Shown here in pieces: positions 37,008-47,465 of a stretch of DNA of 57,896 nucleotides (positions are counted from its first letter, which is position 1; the number at the start of each line of letters is the position of its first letter). The stretch lies in NCBI GenBank assembly GCA_964446305.1, contig CAYUOC010000001.1, positions 1,502-59,397 of the forward strand, read 5' to 3'. The notes beneath the pieces are model-generated. The model was not told the origin of the DNA and made no database searches. It saw only the letters and a program-made list of their open reading frames with translations. This DNA is from an uncultured Terricaulis sp. Lineage in GTDB: Bacteria > Pseudomonadota > Alphaproteobacteria > Caulobacterales > Aquidulcibacteraceae. The position numbers were made by a program, and so were the translations under genes.

Positions 37008-39025
37008 AAATTGCCGCTCGCGGAGAGGCCAATCGTCAGGCCTTCTCCGCGGGCGCGCACGTCCGAACCGTCGAATGCGCCGAGACGATCGGGATCAAAC
37101 AGACGCCGGCGGCGCGTCTCATCGCTGTCGCTCAGGTTCGAAGCCCACGCGCGCAGTTTGAGATCGGCGAAGGCGGTGGTCTCGATCCAGACCGTCAGGT
37201 TATCGGCGTCCTGCTCAGCCTCGATGCGATCGAGCCGAAATTCCGGCGTTTCGCGCTCGCGCTCGAAATCGAAGCCCCAGGCGCTTTCGATCGACTCGAA
37301 CTCCTGCCGGAAGCGGAGCGTGACCGCGCTTTCGTCGAAGGCGGAAATGTCCCGGCTTTCGCCGGTCAGAGGGTCCAACACCTCTGATCGTTGCGCCGTG
37401 CCTTCGATGCGGAACTCGGCGTCGAAGGGAAGCGGCAGCGCCAATGAAACGCGCGCGCTAAACACATCGGCGTCGCCAATGTTGCCGGGCGCGTCGAACT
37501 GATCGCCGGGCGCGCCAACGGGAATGACGTCGAGCGTATCCTCAACCCACCAACGATAGAGCGTGAGCGCCAGCGCGCCGTCCTCACCGAAACGCCAATC
37601 GCCGCCAAGTTCGAGCCGCCAGGAGGTCTCGGGCCGCAGATCGGGATTGCCGCCATCGACAATCGAACTGGTGATGTCGGCGACGGAGACGAAATCCTCG
37701 AAATCCAGTTGGCCCACGTCGCGATGGAGCCGCACGCGCACCTGGTTGCGCTCACCGAAGGCGCGCACGAGCTGAAGCGATGGCTTCCAATAGGTGAGTT
37801 CGGTTTCCTGATTCACGTCGCCGCTTTGGCTGAGCACCGAGGTTTCGACGGCGACACCGGCCTCCAGCGTCCAGCGCGGCGCGACGGCGCCAGCGAACAT
37901 GAACGAGGCCTCCGCGCGCTCTTCCTCGACGCGCACATTGGCGGACGGGAGGATCACGGGAACGGGGCCAGAGCCGTCATCCTCAGTCAGAGCCAAGCGT
38001 TGCTCCAGCGTGTTCAGCGCAGCTTCCGCCGCCACCTCGATGCGCCACGCCGCAGACAGATCACGCCGCCCCACGGCGCGCAGGATGGTCTCGCCGCTTT
38101 CGATGCGTTGGGTTTGCTGCGCAGCCTCATCGAGCCCGCCAAGCGCGTCCAACTCGATCGTGGACTCGTCGCTTTCGTAACTGCGGCGCGTAACAACCGC
38201 GGCGAGTTCGCCACGCCAATCGCCGATGCTGCGGCGGAAGGAAAGGCCAAGCTCGCTGGTGTCTTCCTGTTCAGTGTAGTCGGTGTCGATGGAGCCGTCG
38301 AAGGCGCCGCCGGCGTCCGTTAGACGCGCGAGTTCAAGCTCGTCGTACTCCATCCGGCTGAACTGGCCGTTCACCGCGAGCGCGCCGCCTGCCCAGGGAA
38401 AAGTTGCGTCACCCGCGAGGCGCGCTTCACGCTCGTCCGATGGCACGCGTTCCGCGCGGCCGTCGTCGAGCGCGCCCGATGCATCAAAGTCAGAGCGCAC
38501 GCCGCGAACAGGCAGGTGCTCTTGAGCAAAAGCAGCTGAGACGCCGTATTCGAAATCGCCGCGGCGGCCGGACCAAGCGACCTCGCCCGACGGCGTCACG
38601 CGGCCATCGCGCGCGTGCGCCAGCTCCGCTTCCCAAACGCCGTCGCCGCTACCCGGCCGGCGCACAACGTTCACGCGCAATGTCTGCCCGCTGCTGGCGC
38701 TGGAGCCCGACCCACGGATCAGCTCGATGCGGACGACATCGCCCGCGGGGATGCGGGAAAGAATGTCATCGATCTCTTGCGCTTTGGCCGTTGGCGGCTC
38801 GCCGTCGATCAGCACGTTGCCTTGGGCGCCGAAAAACCCACGCCGCTCCTCGCCTTCATCGATGACGAAACCCGGCACCCGCTCGACCATGTCGAGCGCC
38901 GTACGGGGAGAGAACGAGGCGAAGAATTCGGGCTCGTAGACGATGGCGCCCTGTTGGGCCGGCTGTGCGTAAGCGGGCGCCGCCAAGACTGCGCCCAGCG
39001 CGCACAGAGAGAGCGTCCACCGCAT
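37004..39025 (-). CDS. TonB-dependent receptor-like outer membrane protein
   Basis: Signal peptide AYA, DMVERVPGF, NVLIDG, RIELIRG, GNPDLRPE, C-terminal F. Confidence 0.85.
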   Translation of the reverse strand: MRWTLSLCALGAVLAAPAYAQPAQQGAIVYEPEFFASFSPRTALDMVERVPGFVIDEGEERRGFFGAQGNVLIDGEPPTAKAQEIDDILSRIPAGDVVRIELIRGSGSSASSGQTLRVNVVRRPGSGDGVWEAELAHARDGRVTPSGEVAWSGRRGDFEYGVSAAFAQEHLPVRGVRSDFDASGALDDGRAERVPSDEREARLAGDATFPWAGGALAVNGQFSRMEYDELELARLTDAGGAFDGSIDTDYTEQEDTSELGLSFRRSIGDWRGELAAVVTRRSYESDESTIELDALGGLDEAAQQTQRIESGETILRAVGRRDLSAAWRIEVAAEAALNTLEQRLALTEDDGSGPVPVILPSANVRVEEERAEASFMFAGAVAPRWTLEAGVAVETSVLSQSGDVNQETELTYWKPSLQLVRAFGERNQVRVRLHRDVGQLDFEDFVSVADITSSIVDGGNPDLRPETSWRLELGGDWRFGEDGALALTLYRWWVEDTLDVIPVGAPGDQFDAPGNIGDADVFSARVSLALPLPFDAEFRIEGTAQRSEVLDPLTGESRDISAFDESAVTLRFRQEFESIESAWGFDFERERETPEFRLDRIEAEQDADNLTVWIETTAFADLKLRAWASNLSDSDETRRRRLFDPDRLGAFDGSDVRARGEGLTIGLSASGNF

Positions 39026-39170
39026 GGCGCGATGATACCGCTTTTCCACTCCAGTACGCTTCGATATTTTCATTTCATCCCATGGGCGCACTGCGCCCTC
39101 ACCAGCCGCCAGAGCAGCATGGGGCTTATCGCCTGACAGCTTGCTGATGATCGGTGCAGAGACGCCAAAG

Positions 39171-39204
39171 CCTGATGCCACGGGAGAGGATTGAACTCTC
39201 GACC
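39171..39204 (-). repeat. Duplicated 3' end of tRNA-Thr (att site)
   Basis: 39176-39204 is identical to 53559-53587 (29 bp); the match extends to 34 bp with one mismatch (CCA to TCA). Confidence 0.92.
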
Positions 39205-39476
39205 CGACTTCACTCATCCGGGCCGATGTTTCGTCCGGCCACTGACGCTTCAGCGCTTCATGAAGCGCGCCTCAGAAACTCAAGCGCGGAACCACACAAT
39301 AGGAGCCGATCTCATCTTCGGAAACTTCTGCCCACCGTTTCTGTCCCAATCCACTCCTGTCCGCGCCGGAGCGCGGAGTGATTTCAGAAGTGTTATCGGT
39401 CTGCACATCGGCTTTGCCCGATGGTTTCATCGTCAGTCTCCCGCGCCTGAGAACGAAACGAAGCCCGCAGATGCGA

Positions 39477-41129
39477 TCACTCGGACACACATTCCGCGGA
39501 TAAGGCTGGGAGCACTGGCGCAGCCGAGCCCGACCGCCAGTTCCAAGATTGAACGCCGCTGGCGCGCCGCCGGCACATCACCTGCTCGTGCAATTCAAAC
39601 ATTCCCGGCAAGAATTGGGTTTCCAGATGCGCGCCCTGATTGAAGCGCATAAAGGCGCGGTCTTGCGCATAAGGCGCCCAATCAGGGCCGTTCGCTGCCA
39701 CAGGTGCTCCATTGCGCGCAAAGCTCGTCCAATAATCCAGCATCGCATCTGACACACCGCGTTGTTCGGGCGTATCGGGGATTTGCGGCCAATGCGCCGG
39801 TGTTGCATCGATCGTCCCGAATACAAAGGGCACCTCGCTCGCGTGGAAAGCGGTGAGATCCGCTGCCGCAGCTGCCGGATAATCCTGATCGAAATAATAG
39901 AGGAAGGAGGGTTGGCCGATCTCGCTCTGATCGCGCACCAATCGCTCCGACGCCCAACCGAACACCACGTCGCGCGAGGCCGCGAGCCGGGTCTGCTCTA
40001 GGTCGGCCGGCGGGTAGAGACGCAAGTACGCATCGGCAAGGTCGCCATAACGCGCTCTGATTTCTGCAACATAGGCGTCCGAATTCGAAGCGAGCGGCGG
40101 CAGCAGCAAGCGCAGCCCACGGATTTCGCCGCTGGTCAGTCCCGCCATCAGTGGTACAGGCGCCTGTTCACCGCGCTCGAACGTATCGACCAATTGGCGT
40201 GGAAGAATTCTGCCATCGATTGTGCCGAGCGGCGCGTAACCGGCCGCAGCGGCGCGATCAACCAGCTCGCGCGCGTCCATTGCACGCAGTTGTGCCAGAT
40301 TGGGCGCCGCGACTTGTGCCGCAACCCACGCGCCGATGGCCTCGGCCGAATATTCCTCGTACCGCCCGTTCTTCAGTTCGGGCATCGTGAAGAGATAACC
40401 GCTCTGCACGATGGCGCGATCGAACAGTCCGTGCGCGGCGGGCGAAGCGAGGAGCATTTCAGTGCTCAACGCGCCGGCCGATTCACCGAAGATCGTCACG
40501 TTGTTGGCGTCGCCCCCAAACGCCGCGATGTTGTCGCGCACCCATTGCAGCGCCGCGATCTGATCCAACAAGCCGTAATTTCCCGATACGCCGTCCTGCG
40601 ATTCAGCACTCAACTCTGCGTGCGCGAGATAACCCAGCACACCCAAACGATAATTGATCGAGACGAGCACCACACCGCGCTCGGCGAACGCGCGGCCGGA
40701 ATACATCGGCGAGGTCCCACTCCCCCATATCAGCGTACCGCCGTGGACCCACACCATCACCGGCGCATTGCGCGCGTTGGCGGGCGCGGTGACATCAAGC
40801 GTCAGACAATCCTCGCTCATCGCCACAGAGCCGCGATTGTATGGGCCAGCGGCCATGGCGGGCTGCATACATGCTACACCGCGCTCCGCCGCTTCCCGCA
40901 CGCCGCTCCAGCGCGGCAAGGGTTGCGGCGCACGCCATCTCAGGTCGCCGAGCGGCGCACGTGCGTAGGGAATGGCGCGGAAAACATTGGCATCGCCCTC
41001 TCGCAGACCCCGTACTGCACCAGCAGGCGCATCAATGACGGGAGCCGCCGTTTGGGTGACAGCTTGCGGCGTGGCGCAGGACAACACGAATACGCAAAGC
41101 GAAACAGCGACCAATGAAGACTTTTTCAT
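39477..41129 (-). CDS. Type-B carboxylesterase/lipase, probable lipoprotein
   Basis: VLSC lipobox, IPYA.AP.GDLRW, SEDCL, HGG, NYRLG, GESAG, FHASE. Confidence 0.93.
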   Translation of the reverse strand: MKKSSLVAVSLCVFVLSCATPQAVTQTAAPVIDAPAGAVRGLREGDANVFRAIPYARAPLGDLRWRAPQPLPRWSGVREAAERGVACMQPAMAAGPYNRGSVAMSEDCLTLDVTAPANARNAPVMVWVHGGTLIWGSGTSPMYSGRAFAERGVVLVSINYRLGVLGYLAHAELSAESQDGVSGNYGLLDQIAALQWVRDNIAAFGGDANNVTIFGESAGALSTEMLLASPAAHGLFDRAIVQSGYLFTMPELKNGRYEEYSAEAIGAWVAAQVAAPNLAQLRAMDARELVDRAAAAGYAPLGTIDGRILPRQLVDTFERGEQAPVPLMAGLTSGEIRGLRLLLPPLASNSDAYVAEIRARYGDLADAYLRLYPPADLEQTRLAASRDVVFGWASERLVRDQSEIGQPSFLYYFDQDYPAAAAADLTAFHASEVPFVFGTIDATPAHWPQIPDTPEQRGVSDAMLDYWTSFARNGAPVAANGPDWAPYAQDRAFMRFNQGAHLETQFLPGMFELHEQVMCRRRASGVQSWNWRSGSAAPVLPALSAECVSE

Positions 41130-42442
41130 CGCGCGACTTCCCCCGCCTTCGTTGATATTTTGATGAGACGCGCCAACCCGAAATAGAGCAAGGCGGCGAT
41201 CAGATACATGGGCGAAAGCGCATAGAGCGCCGCTTGCAGAGCATGCGCGCCATAGTCCGCGGCAAAGAAATCGCTCGCGGCGCCGACAAAGGTTGGCCCA
41301 AGCCCGAGTCCGATGAAATTCATTACCAGCAGCAACAGAGCGCCGGCCATGACGCGCTGATGTGCGCTCACCTCGCCCTGAACCAAGGTCACGGTGGCGG
41401 TCAGGAAGAAAGAATTCAGAAACATCGGCGCCATCAAGAACACCAGAGCCAACTCCCAGTGCGGCGCCCATACGAACCCTAGGAAGAACGGCAGCGCCAA
41501 CACGAGCGAAAGCGCTGGAATGATGGCATAAGCAGTCTTCGTGCGCGGGCCAAACCTATCGATGAGGCGCCCCGAAACAAAGATGCCGCCGCCCATGCCA
41601 ATGCCGACGACCAGCGCATACCAGAGCGCCACTTCATTGAGCTCCATGCCCTTCTCGCGCATCAAGAACAGGGTCGCGAAATTGCTGAGGCCGTAGGTGA
41701 TGAAGTTTGCTGCACCGCTCGCCAGGGCGGCAAGCAGCAATAGAGGGTTTGCAAAGAAGCGCGCGATCGTTGCGAAAAATGGTTCGCGCGGCGTTTGCGC
41801 ATCGATGCCGGACGTCGCGTCGTAGGCGCCGCGCTTAGGTTCGGCGATCACCAACCAGACGATGATCGCCGTCACCACACCGACGGCGCCGATAACGTAG
41901 AACGGCAAGCGCCAATCGAACGCCGCCGCGAGCGAGGCGCCGAACGCCACCCCCAAAGCAGAGCCCAGCGGCGGACCCAAATTGAAGATAGCCAACGCCG
42001 TGCCGCGCTGCTCGCGCGGAAAGTAGTCCGAGATGATGGCGTAAGACGGCGGCACGCCGCCCGCTTCACCGACGCCCACGGCCATTCGCGCGACAACGAG
42101 CTGACCGTAATTGGCCGCCATACCGCACGCCGCGGTCGCCGCACTCCACAAGCCGCAAGCAATCGATAACACCATCACGCGATTGGTGCGATCGGCGAGC
42201 CAGCCGACGGGAATGGCGATGAAGCAATAGAAGAGCGCGAAGTAGAATCCGGTGATGCGTCCAAGCTGACCATCGCTGATCTGCAATGCGTCTTGGATCG
42301 GCTTAGCCAAGATGGACAAGAGTTGGCGATCGAGGAAGTTCAACACATAGACAAAGCAAAGGAGCCCGAGCACCAGACCGCGCTGTCCGGCATTCGCTAC
42401 GCCTGCTTTGGCGCCGCCCTGCTGCACCGCGCTCTCGCTCAT
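41126..42442 (-). CDS. MFS transporter (Spinster-like)
   Basis: NFLDRQLL.IL, LADR.NR, VGVGEAG..P, ISDYFP..RG. Confidence 0.9.
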   Translation of the reverse strand: MSESAVQQGGAKAGVANAGQRGLVLGLLCFVYVLNFLDRQLLSILAKPIQDALQISDGQLGRITGFYFALFYCFIAIPVGWLADRTNRVMVLSIACGLWSAATAACGMAANYGQLVVARMAVGVGEAGGVPPSYAIISDYFPREQRGTALAIFNLGPPLGSALGVAFGASLAAAFDWRLPFYVIGAVGVVTAIIVWLVIAEPKRGAYDATSGIDAQTPREPFFATIARFFANPLLLLAALASGAANFITYGLSNFATLFLMREKGMELNEVALWYALVVGIGMGGGIFVSGRLIDRFGPRTKTAYAIIPALSLVLALPFFLGFVWAPHWELALVFLMAPMFLNSFFLTATVTLVQGEVSAHQRVMAGALLLLVMNFIGLGLGPTFVGAASDFFAADYGAHALQAALYALSPMYLIAALLYFGLARLIKISTKAGEVAR

Positions 42443-42544
42443 TGCGTCCCCCTTACCCTTCGCGCTTCGCGGCGCTTTAAGTGTTTTCTCTTTACGAAGC
42501 TTGCCCGGCCGCTTCGATGTCCCGTCGGCTCCCCACACCAAACT

Positions 42545-44548
42545 TCATCGCGCGCCGTCCAGCCAATCCTTGGCGCGCGCGCTGTACCAAGGAATGATCT
42601 CAGGATTGGCGATTGCATCGAGATTGACGACCTTGGCGATTGGCCAGCCTTGAAACAGCCGCTTGATGGGTAGTTCCTGCTTCTTGCCCGACAAGGTTCG
42701 CGGAATTCCCGGGGCGTCGATGAAACGATCCGGCACGAAACGTGGCGACAGCGCCCGCCGGATCGCAGAGCTCATCGCAGCTTCCATATCCTGGTCCAGC
42801 GCGCGACCATGGCTCGGTACAACAAACATCAAGAGCTTGCTGTCACCTTGCCCGTCTTCGATGTCGATGACGAGACTATCAGCGATGTCGCCTAGATGTT
42901 CGACCGCCGCGTAGATGTCAGCCGTGCCCATGCGCAGGCCATGGCGATTGATCGTCGCATCGCTTCGCCCAGTGATCGTGCACGCGCCGTCTGCATCGAT
43001 TTGCAGCCAGTCGCCGTGCCGCCAAATGCCGGGCCAGGCTTTGAAGTAGGAGGATCGATAGCGGCTGGCGTCTTCATCGCCCCAAAAATAGAGCGGCATG
43101 CTTGGAAACGGGCGCGTGACGACAAGTTCGCCAACTTGCCCAATAAGCGACTTGCCGGCGTCGTCCCAGGCTTCGACCGCAGCGCCGAGATGGCGACATT
43201 GCAGTTTTCCTGGCTGAGGTGGCAAATCGCGATGTCCCGCGAAGAACGCCGCCGCCACATCGGTGCCGCCGCTAATGTTGCACCACCACATCTCGCCGTC
43301 CTTGATGGCGGCAAATTGCGCCGAACCCCACGCCTGCACCTCTGCCGGCAACGGTGAGCCCGTCGTGCCGAGAGCGCGAATGGCGCTGAGATCGCCAGAA
43401 TCGCTAAATGCGATTTCGGCTTTGCGGCACGCGCTATAGAACGCCGCGCCTGCGCCGAACCATGTCACGCGCTGCCTGGCCGCAAAGGCCCAGAGCGTTC
43501 CCCAATCATGGCGCTGCGTAGCGCCGCTCGGGGCGCCGTCGAACAAACAAATCGTCGTTCCGAACAGCAGAGCGCCCACTTGCTGATTCCACATCACCCA
43601 GCCGGTCGCGCTGTACCAATGAAAGCGCTCGCCGAAAGTGTCGGGCTCGTAGCTCGCACCCAAATCGAAATGGAGCCGCCCCGCGTAAGTTGTGACGATG
43701 ATGCCGCCATGTCCGTGCACGATCGCCTTCGGCAGACCGGTGGTGCCGCTGGAGTACAATATCCACAAGGGATGATCGAAGGGCAGCCATTCGGGTTCAA
43801 ACGCGGCCACCTCCGCATCGTCGCGCACGAGCGCGCCCTCAAAGCTGCTGGCGCCGGGGATATCGATTTGCCCAAGGCCGCTTTCAACCACATAGAGCGT
43901 TTCGACGCTGGGAAGCGCTTGGCGCATTTCGCTGATCGCTACACTACGGTCCAGCGCTTTGCCCGCGTAATGCACACCGTCGATCACGATCAACACTTTC
44001 GGCGAGATCTGGCGAAAACGATCAAGCACGGCGGGCGCGCCCATGTCGGGCGAACAGATTGTCCAGATGGCGCCGAGACTGGCGCACGCCAGCAGCGCAA
44101 TCACTGCTTCTGGAATATTGGGAAGATAGGCAGCGACTCGATCGCCGCGCACAACCCCTGCTTCGCGCATGGTAAGCGCCAGCGATACGCTGCGCCGGCG
44201 TAGCTCCACCCAAGAAACTTCCCTGACCCGGCCTAGCTCATCTTCGGCGACGATGGCCGGCACACCCATGGCTTGCGCCGCCTCAACGTGGCGGAAAACC
44301 TCGCGCACGTAATTGACCTCGGCGCCTTTGAACCATTCAGCGCCGGGCATGTGCTCATCACTTAGTACAGCTTCAAACTGTGTTCGCGATTCTATCTGAT
44401 GGAACTCCCAGATACTACGCCAGAACGCCGACAGCTCTGTCGTCGACCACCTCCACATCGCTGCATAGTCGCTAAAGCGCAAACCGCGCTGGCCCTCCAG
44501 CCAATCGCGATAAAGCTGCATTTGCGAAATGGGTGGTTCACTCGACAT
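42545..44548 (-). CDS. Acetoacetate--CoA ligase
   Basis: WF.GA..NY, CSPDMG, PFDHPLWILYSSGTTGLPKAIVHGHGG, GWVMWN, ISGGTD, GRSDATINR.G.RMG, SGKKQELP. Confidence 0.93.
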   Translation of the reverse strand: MSSEPPISQMQLYRDWLEGQRGLRFSDYAAMWRWSTTELSAFWRSIWEFHQIESRTQFEAVLSDEHMPGAEWFKGAEVNYVREVFRHVEAAQAMGVPAIVAEDELGRVREVSWVELRRRSVSLALTMREAGVVRGDRVAAYLPNIPEAVIALLACASLGAIWTICSPDMGAPAVLDRFRQISPKVLIVIDGVHYAGKALDRSVAISEMRQALPSVETLYVVESGLGQIDIPGASSFEGALVRDDAEVAAFEPEWLPFDHPLWILYSSGTTGLPKAIVHGHGGIIVTTYAGRLHFDLGASYEPDTFGERFHWYSATGWVMWNQQVGALLFGTTICLFDGAPSGATQRHDWGTLWAFAARQRVTWFGAGAAFYSACRKAEIAFSDSGDLSAIRALGTTGSPLPAEVQAWGSAQFAAIKDGEMWWCNISGGTDVAAAFFAGHRDLPPQPGKLQCRHLGAAVEAWDDAGKSLIGQVGELVVTRPFPSMPLYFWGDEDASRYRSSYFKAWPGIWRHGDWLQIDADGACTITGRSDATINRHGLRMGTADIYAAVEHLGDIADSLVIDIEDGQGDSKLLMFVVPSHGRALDQDMEAAMSSAIRRALSPRFVPDRFIDAPGIPRTLSGKKQELPIKRLFQGWPIAKVVNLDAIANPEIIPWYSARAKDWLDGAR

Positions 44549-44676
44549 TCGAAGGGCGTAACCTGGCGCCGCGCGCGCCCGTGGGGAGGAAATGTTCAGA
44601 CCATGAGACGGCGCGTGATGGAGAGACGGACGCGCAAGCCCAATGAGACCAGCGCCCGCCCCGCGCATCACGGCGA

Positions 44677-47331
44677 TCAGAATGTTCGGCGCAAATTAAG
44701 CGCCACGTAGCGGCCGATCGGATTGTAAGGGCCGCCAATGCCGTCGGAGCCAGGGAAGAATGGCGGCTCTTCATCAAGCACGTCGTTTACCTGCAGCGCG
44801 ACGATCGTGTCCTGGGTCCAACCATTGTCTGGCAGCGTCCAAGCCGCGCGCAAATCGACGGTCATGTAAGGATCTGCGTCATAAGAACTGACGCCTGTTG
44901 GAGTGGTGAAGTTGTTGGTCACGCCGGCGCGGTAATTCACAAACCCCGCAAGCGAGATTGGACCGATCTCAGCAGCAAGCGTTGCTCTCGCCGTCCAGCG
45001 TGGCAGACCGAGGTTCAGGCTGTTGGACACTGGCGAGCCCGGCGAAAACTGCGTGTCGAAGTTTAGAATGTAATTGCCGGCGAGATCCGCGAAGACAGCG
45101 CCGAAATCGGTATCCCAGCGATAGTTGATATCGAAGTCGATACCATCGGTTTTGCGAATGCCGAAATTATTATTGCGCAGATCGAGGAGATTGATGTCCG
45201 AACCGAACGGTCCTGCAGGCAGGTTCACCGGCACCGCGATCGCGAGCAGATCAGTAAATTCTGGCGTCGTCGGATTGCCGCGATGAATGATTGAGGCAAA
45301 CAACGGATCCTGGAAAATAAACGGCACTGCCGGCGTTCCGATAACGTCGGTGTATTCGATATTGTAATACGTCAGGCCGGCGCGCAGGTTCGGGAGCGCC
45401 GACGGGTTGAAGTCGATCCCGAATGAATATGTCTCGGCCTCTTCGGGTTGGAGATTATCGTTGCCGCCCAGAAGATAGACCGTCTCGACCTGCGCCAAGC
45501 CACGTGTGGGGTCGTTGGCGTACGTCGCAGAATTCACCGCACTCAGATAGTAGGCGCCGACACTCGCACCGATTTGACGCAATCCCGGCGCTCTGAATGA
45601 AGTGCCATAGGTGCCCCGCACCGCAAGGCCATCAATCAACTCCCAAGTGACGCCGATCTTCGGGTTGGTGGTCGAGCCGAAATCGGAGTACTCGTCGTAG
45701 CGCGCCGATAGCGACAAGGCGAGATTATTGGCAAACGGCGTGTCATTGCCCTCGCCGATGATTGGGATGAAAAGCTCCCCGTAGACGGAGCGAACGTCTC
45801 GATCCATATCCTCGGGAATGTCGTTCGTCGGCGTGCCAATAAAGCCGCGCTGCTGGAACATCTCCGACCTAATCTCTAGTCCTGCCGCAAACCGCACTTG
45901 CCCGCCAGGCAGACCAAAGAGCGGCCCATCGAGGCGCGCCGCAGCGACGTTCACTTGCTGCTCTTCACTTGCAAGGGTTGGGTAGTTCAAAATGGCGGCG
46001 ACGACGGTCGGCGAAGTGCCGGCGCCAAAAGGATCCAATGCTGTCGCAGTAGTGGTTCCAGCCGCGGCGGCGTCCAACGCCGCCTGACTAAGACCCGGCA
46101 CGAAACTGTCGTTCATCGCCCAGTCGATGGTGCCATAGACGCTGAGATTGAGATCATTGGACAGATCGAAATCGATCCCGAACGAAGAATTCACAACGGA
46201 TTTGTCGTTCGTGTTGGTGAGATGATCAGAGCCAATGAGATTGTCAGCGCGGAACGACACGAATTCATAGAATGAGCCCGGCGGGCCCTGAAAGAACGGG
46301 TTGCCGCCGAACGCAGGCGATAACATCGCCACACTAAGCGCGGGAGCCGCGACCTGATATTCGTCATGGCGTTCCGAATACAGAACCTCACCCCAGAACG
46401 TAGCGTTGTCGCTGAGATCTTGGTGGCCCGACACGAAGAGCGCATGAATGGTCGAACTGGGAAGCAGGTCGTTTAGCGCGCCACTGTCGCAACGATTGGC
46501 GCCGGGCGCGAATGTCGGCGCTGCGTAGGGTGTGATGTAAGTTGGATTTGGATAGACGGTCGGCGCCGGGCACGCCACCGACCGGGTGTCTATGCCGCCG
46601 AACGGGACAAAGTTTGTGACGCGATAGTCGCGATCACCGGCAAGGAGACTGCTGTTCTCGGTATACTGATAGGCGGCGAGGATGGAGCCCGAGCCCCAGT
46701 CTTCTCCGACTAACGCACCGATGTGGCCGGCATAATAGTCCTCACCTACCCCGTAGCTGGCCGACAGTTCGACCCCATCGACATTGCGCCGTGTGATGAA
46801 GTTCACAACACCGGCAACGGCGTCAGACCCATAGATTGACGACGCGCCGTCCGCGACAACTTCGATGCGCTCCATCGCAAGATTTGGGATGAGCGGAAAA
46901 TCCGGGTTGGTGACTTGTACCGCGGCGCTCACAAGCCGATGGCCATTCATCAGCGGCAAAGTAGCGTTGGCCGGAAGACCGCGCAGGGCCGGTGCGAACG
47001 AACCCAGCCCCGGCCCGGTGCCGGCGCTCGTCTGAGGCGCGGTGTTAAAGCTGTTGAGTTGGGGAATACTGGCGCTCAAATCGGGCGTGTTGGCGCCGCC
47101 GTTTGTCTCGATATCCTCGCGTGTGACGCTGATGAGGTTTGAACCGACCGGGGGTACGCCGCGAATGCTGGTGCCGGTGACGACGATGTCCTCAGCCTCC
47201 TCCTCAGCCGCCGTCTCCTCGACGGTTTGCGCATGTGCGCTGGTGGTGACTCCAAGGCCCAAAAGCAGAGCTGAGGCGCCGAGGCTGAGCATGCTGCTGC
47301 GCAGCAATTTGGCATTGCGATTCACGTTCAT
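44677..47331 (-). CDS. TonB-dependent receptor
   Basis: DIVVTGTSIRG, LRGL...NG.R, ERIEVV.DGASSIYGSDAVAGVVNFIT, SFRAP, L.PEEA, C-terminal F. Confidence 0.95.
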   Translation of the reverse strand: MNVNRNAKLLRSSMLSLGASALLLGLGVTTSAHAQTVEETAAEEEAEDIVVTGTSIRGVPPVGSNLISVTREDIETNGGANTPDLSASIPQLNSFNTAPQTSAGTGPGLGSFAPALRGLPANATLPLMNGHRLVSAAVQVTNPDFPLIPNLAMERIEVVADGASSIYGSDAVAGVVNFITRRNVDGVELSASYGVGEDYYAGHIGALVGEDWGSGSILAAYQYTENSSLLAGDRDYRVTNFVPFGGIDTRSVACPAPTVYPNPTYITPYAAPTFAPGANRCDSGALNDLLPSSTIHALFVSGHQDLSDNATFWGEVLYSERHDEYQVAAPALSVAMLSPAFGGNPFFQGPPGSFYEFVSFRADNLIGSDHLTNTNDKSVVNSSFGIDFDLSNDLNLSVYGTIDWAMNDSFVPGLSQAALDAAAAGTTTATALDPFGAGTSPTVVAAILNYPTLASEEQQVNVAAARLDGPLFGLPGGQVRFAAGLEIRSEMFQQRGFIGTPTNDIPEDMDRDVRSVYGELFIPIIGEGNDTPFANNLALSLSARYDEYSDFGSTTNPKIGVTWELIDGLAVRGTYGTSFRAPGLRQIGASVGAYYLSAVNSATYANDPTRGLAQVETVYLLGGNDNLQPEEAETYSFGIDFNPSALPNLRAGLTYYNIEYTDVIGTPAVPFIFQDPLFASIIHRGNPTTPEFTDLLAIAVPVNLPAGPFGSDINLLDLRNNNFGIRKTDGIDFDINYRWDTDFGAVFADLAGNYILNFDTQFSPGSPVSNSLNLGLPRWTARATLAAEIGPISLAGFVNYRAGVTNNFTTPTGVSSYDADPYMTVDLRAAWTLPDNGWTQDTIVALQVNDVLDEEPPFFPGSDGIGGPYNPIGRYVALNLRRTF

Positions 47332-47465
47332 CCCCCTATGTCTCCCGTCCCAGGGCCGTTGATCGGCCTCCAGGCGGCAGCTGAACGGTGGCGTGATCTG
47401 CGCGGAACGCCATGACAGGTCTGACGCAGAAACTTGGCTCAAATGACGAGGTAGGACGCTTGGGG

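Noticed and set aside
39171-39204. Second tRNA gene
   Set aside because: Only the T-arm and acceptor 3' half is present, with no D-arm or anticodon; treated as an att site.
39154-39643. ORFs spanning the att copy
   Set aside because: They translate the tRNA fragment (MPRERIELST) and non-coding DNA, with no RBS or motif support.
47405-47425. Pho box upstream of the island TBDR
   Set aside because: A single CTGTCAT half-site without a correctly spaced partner.
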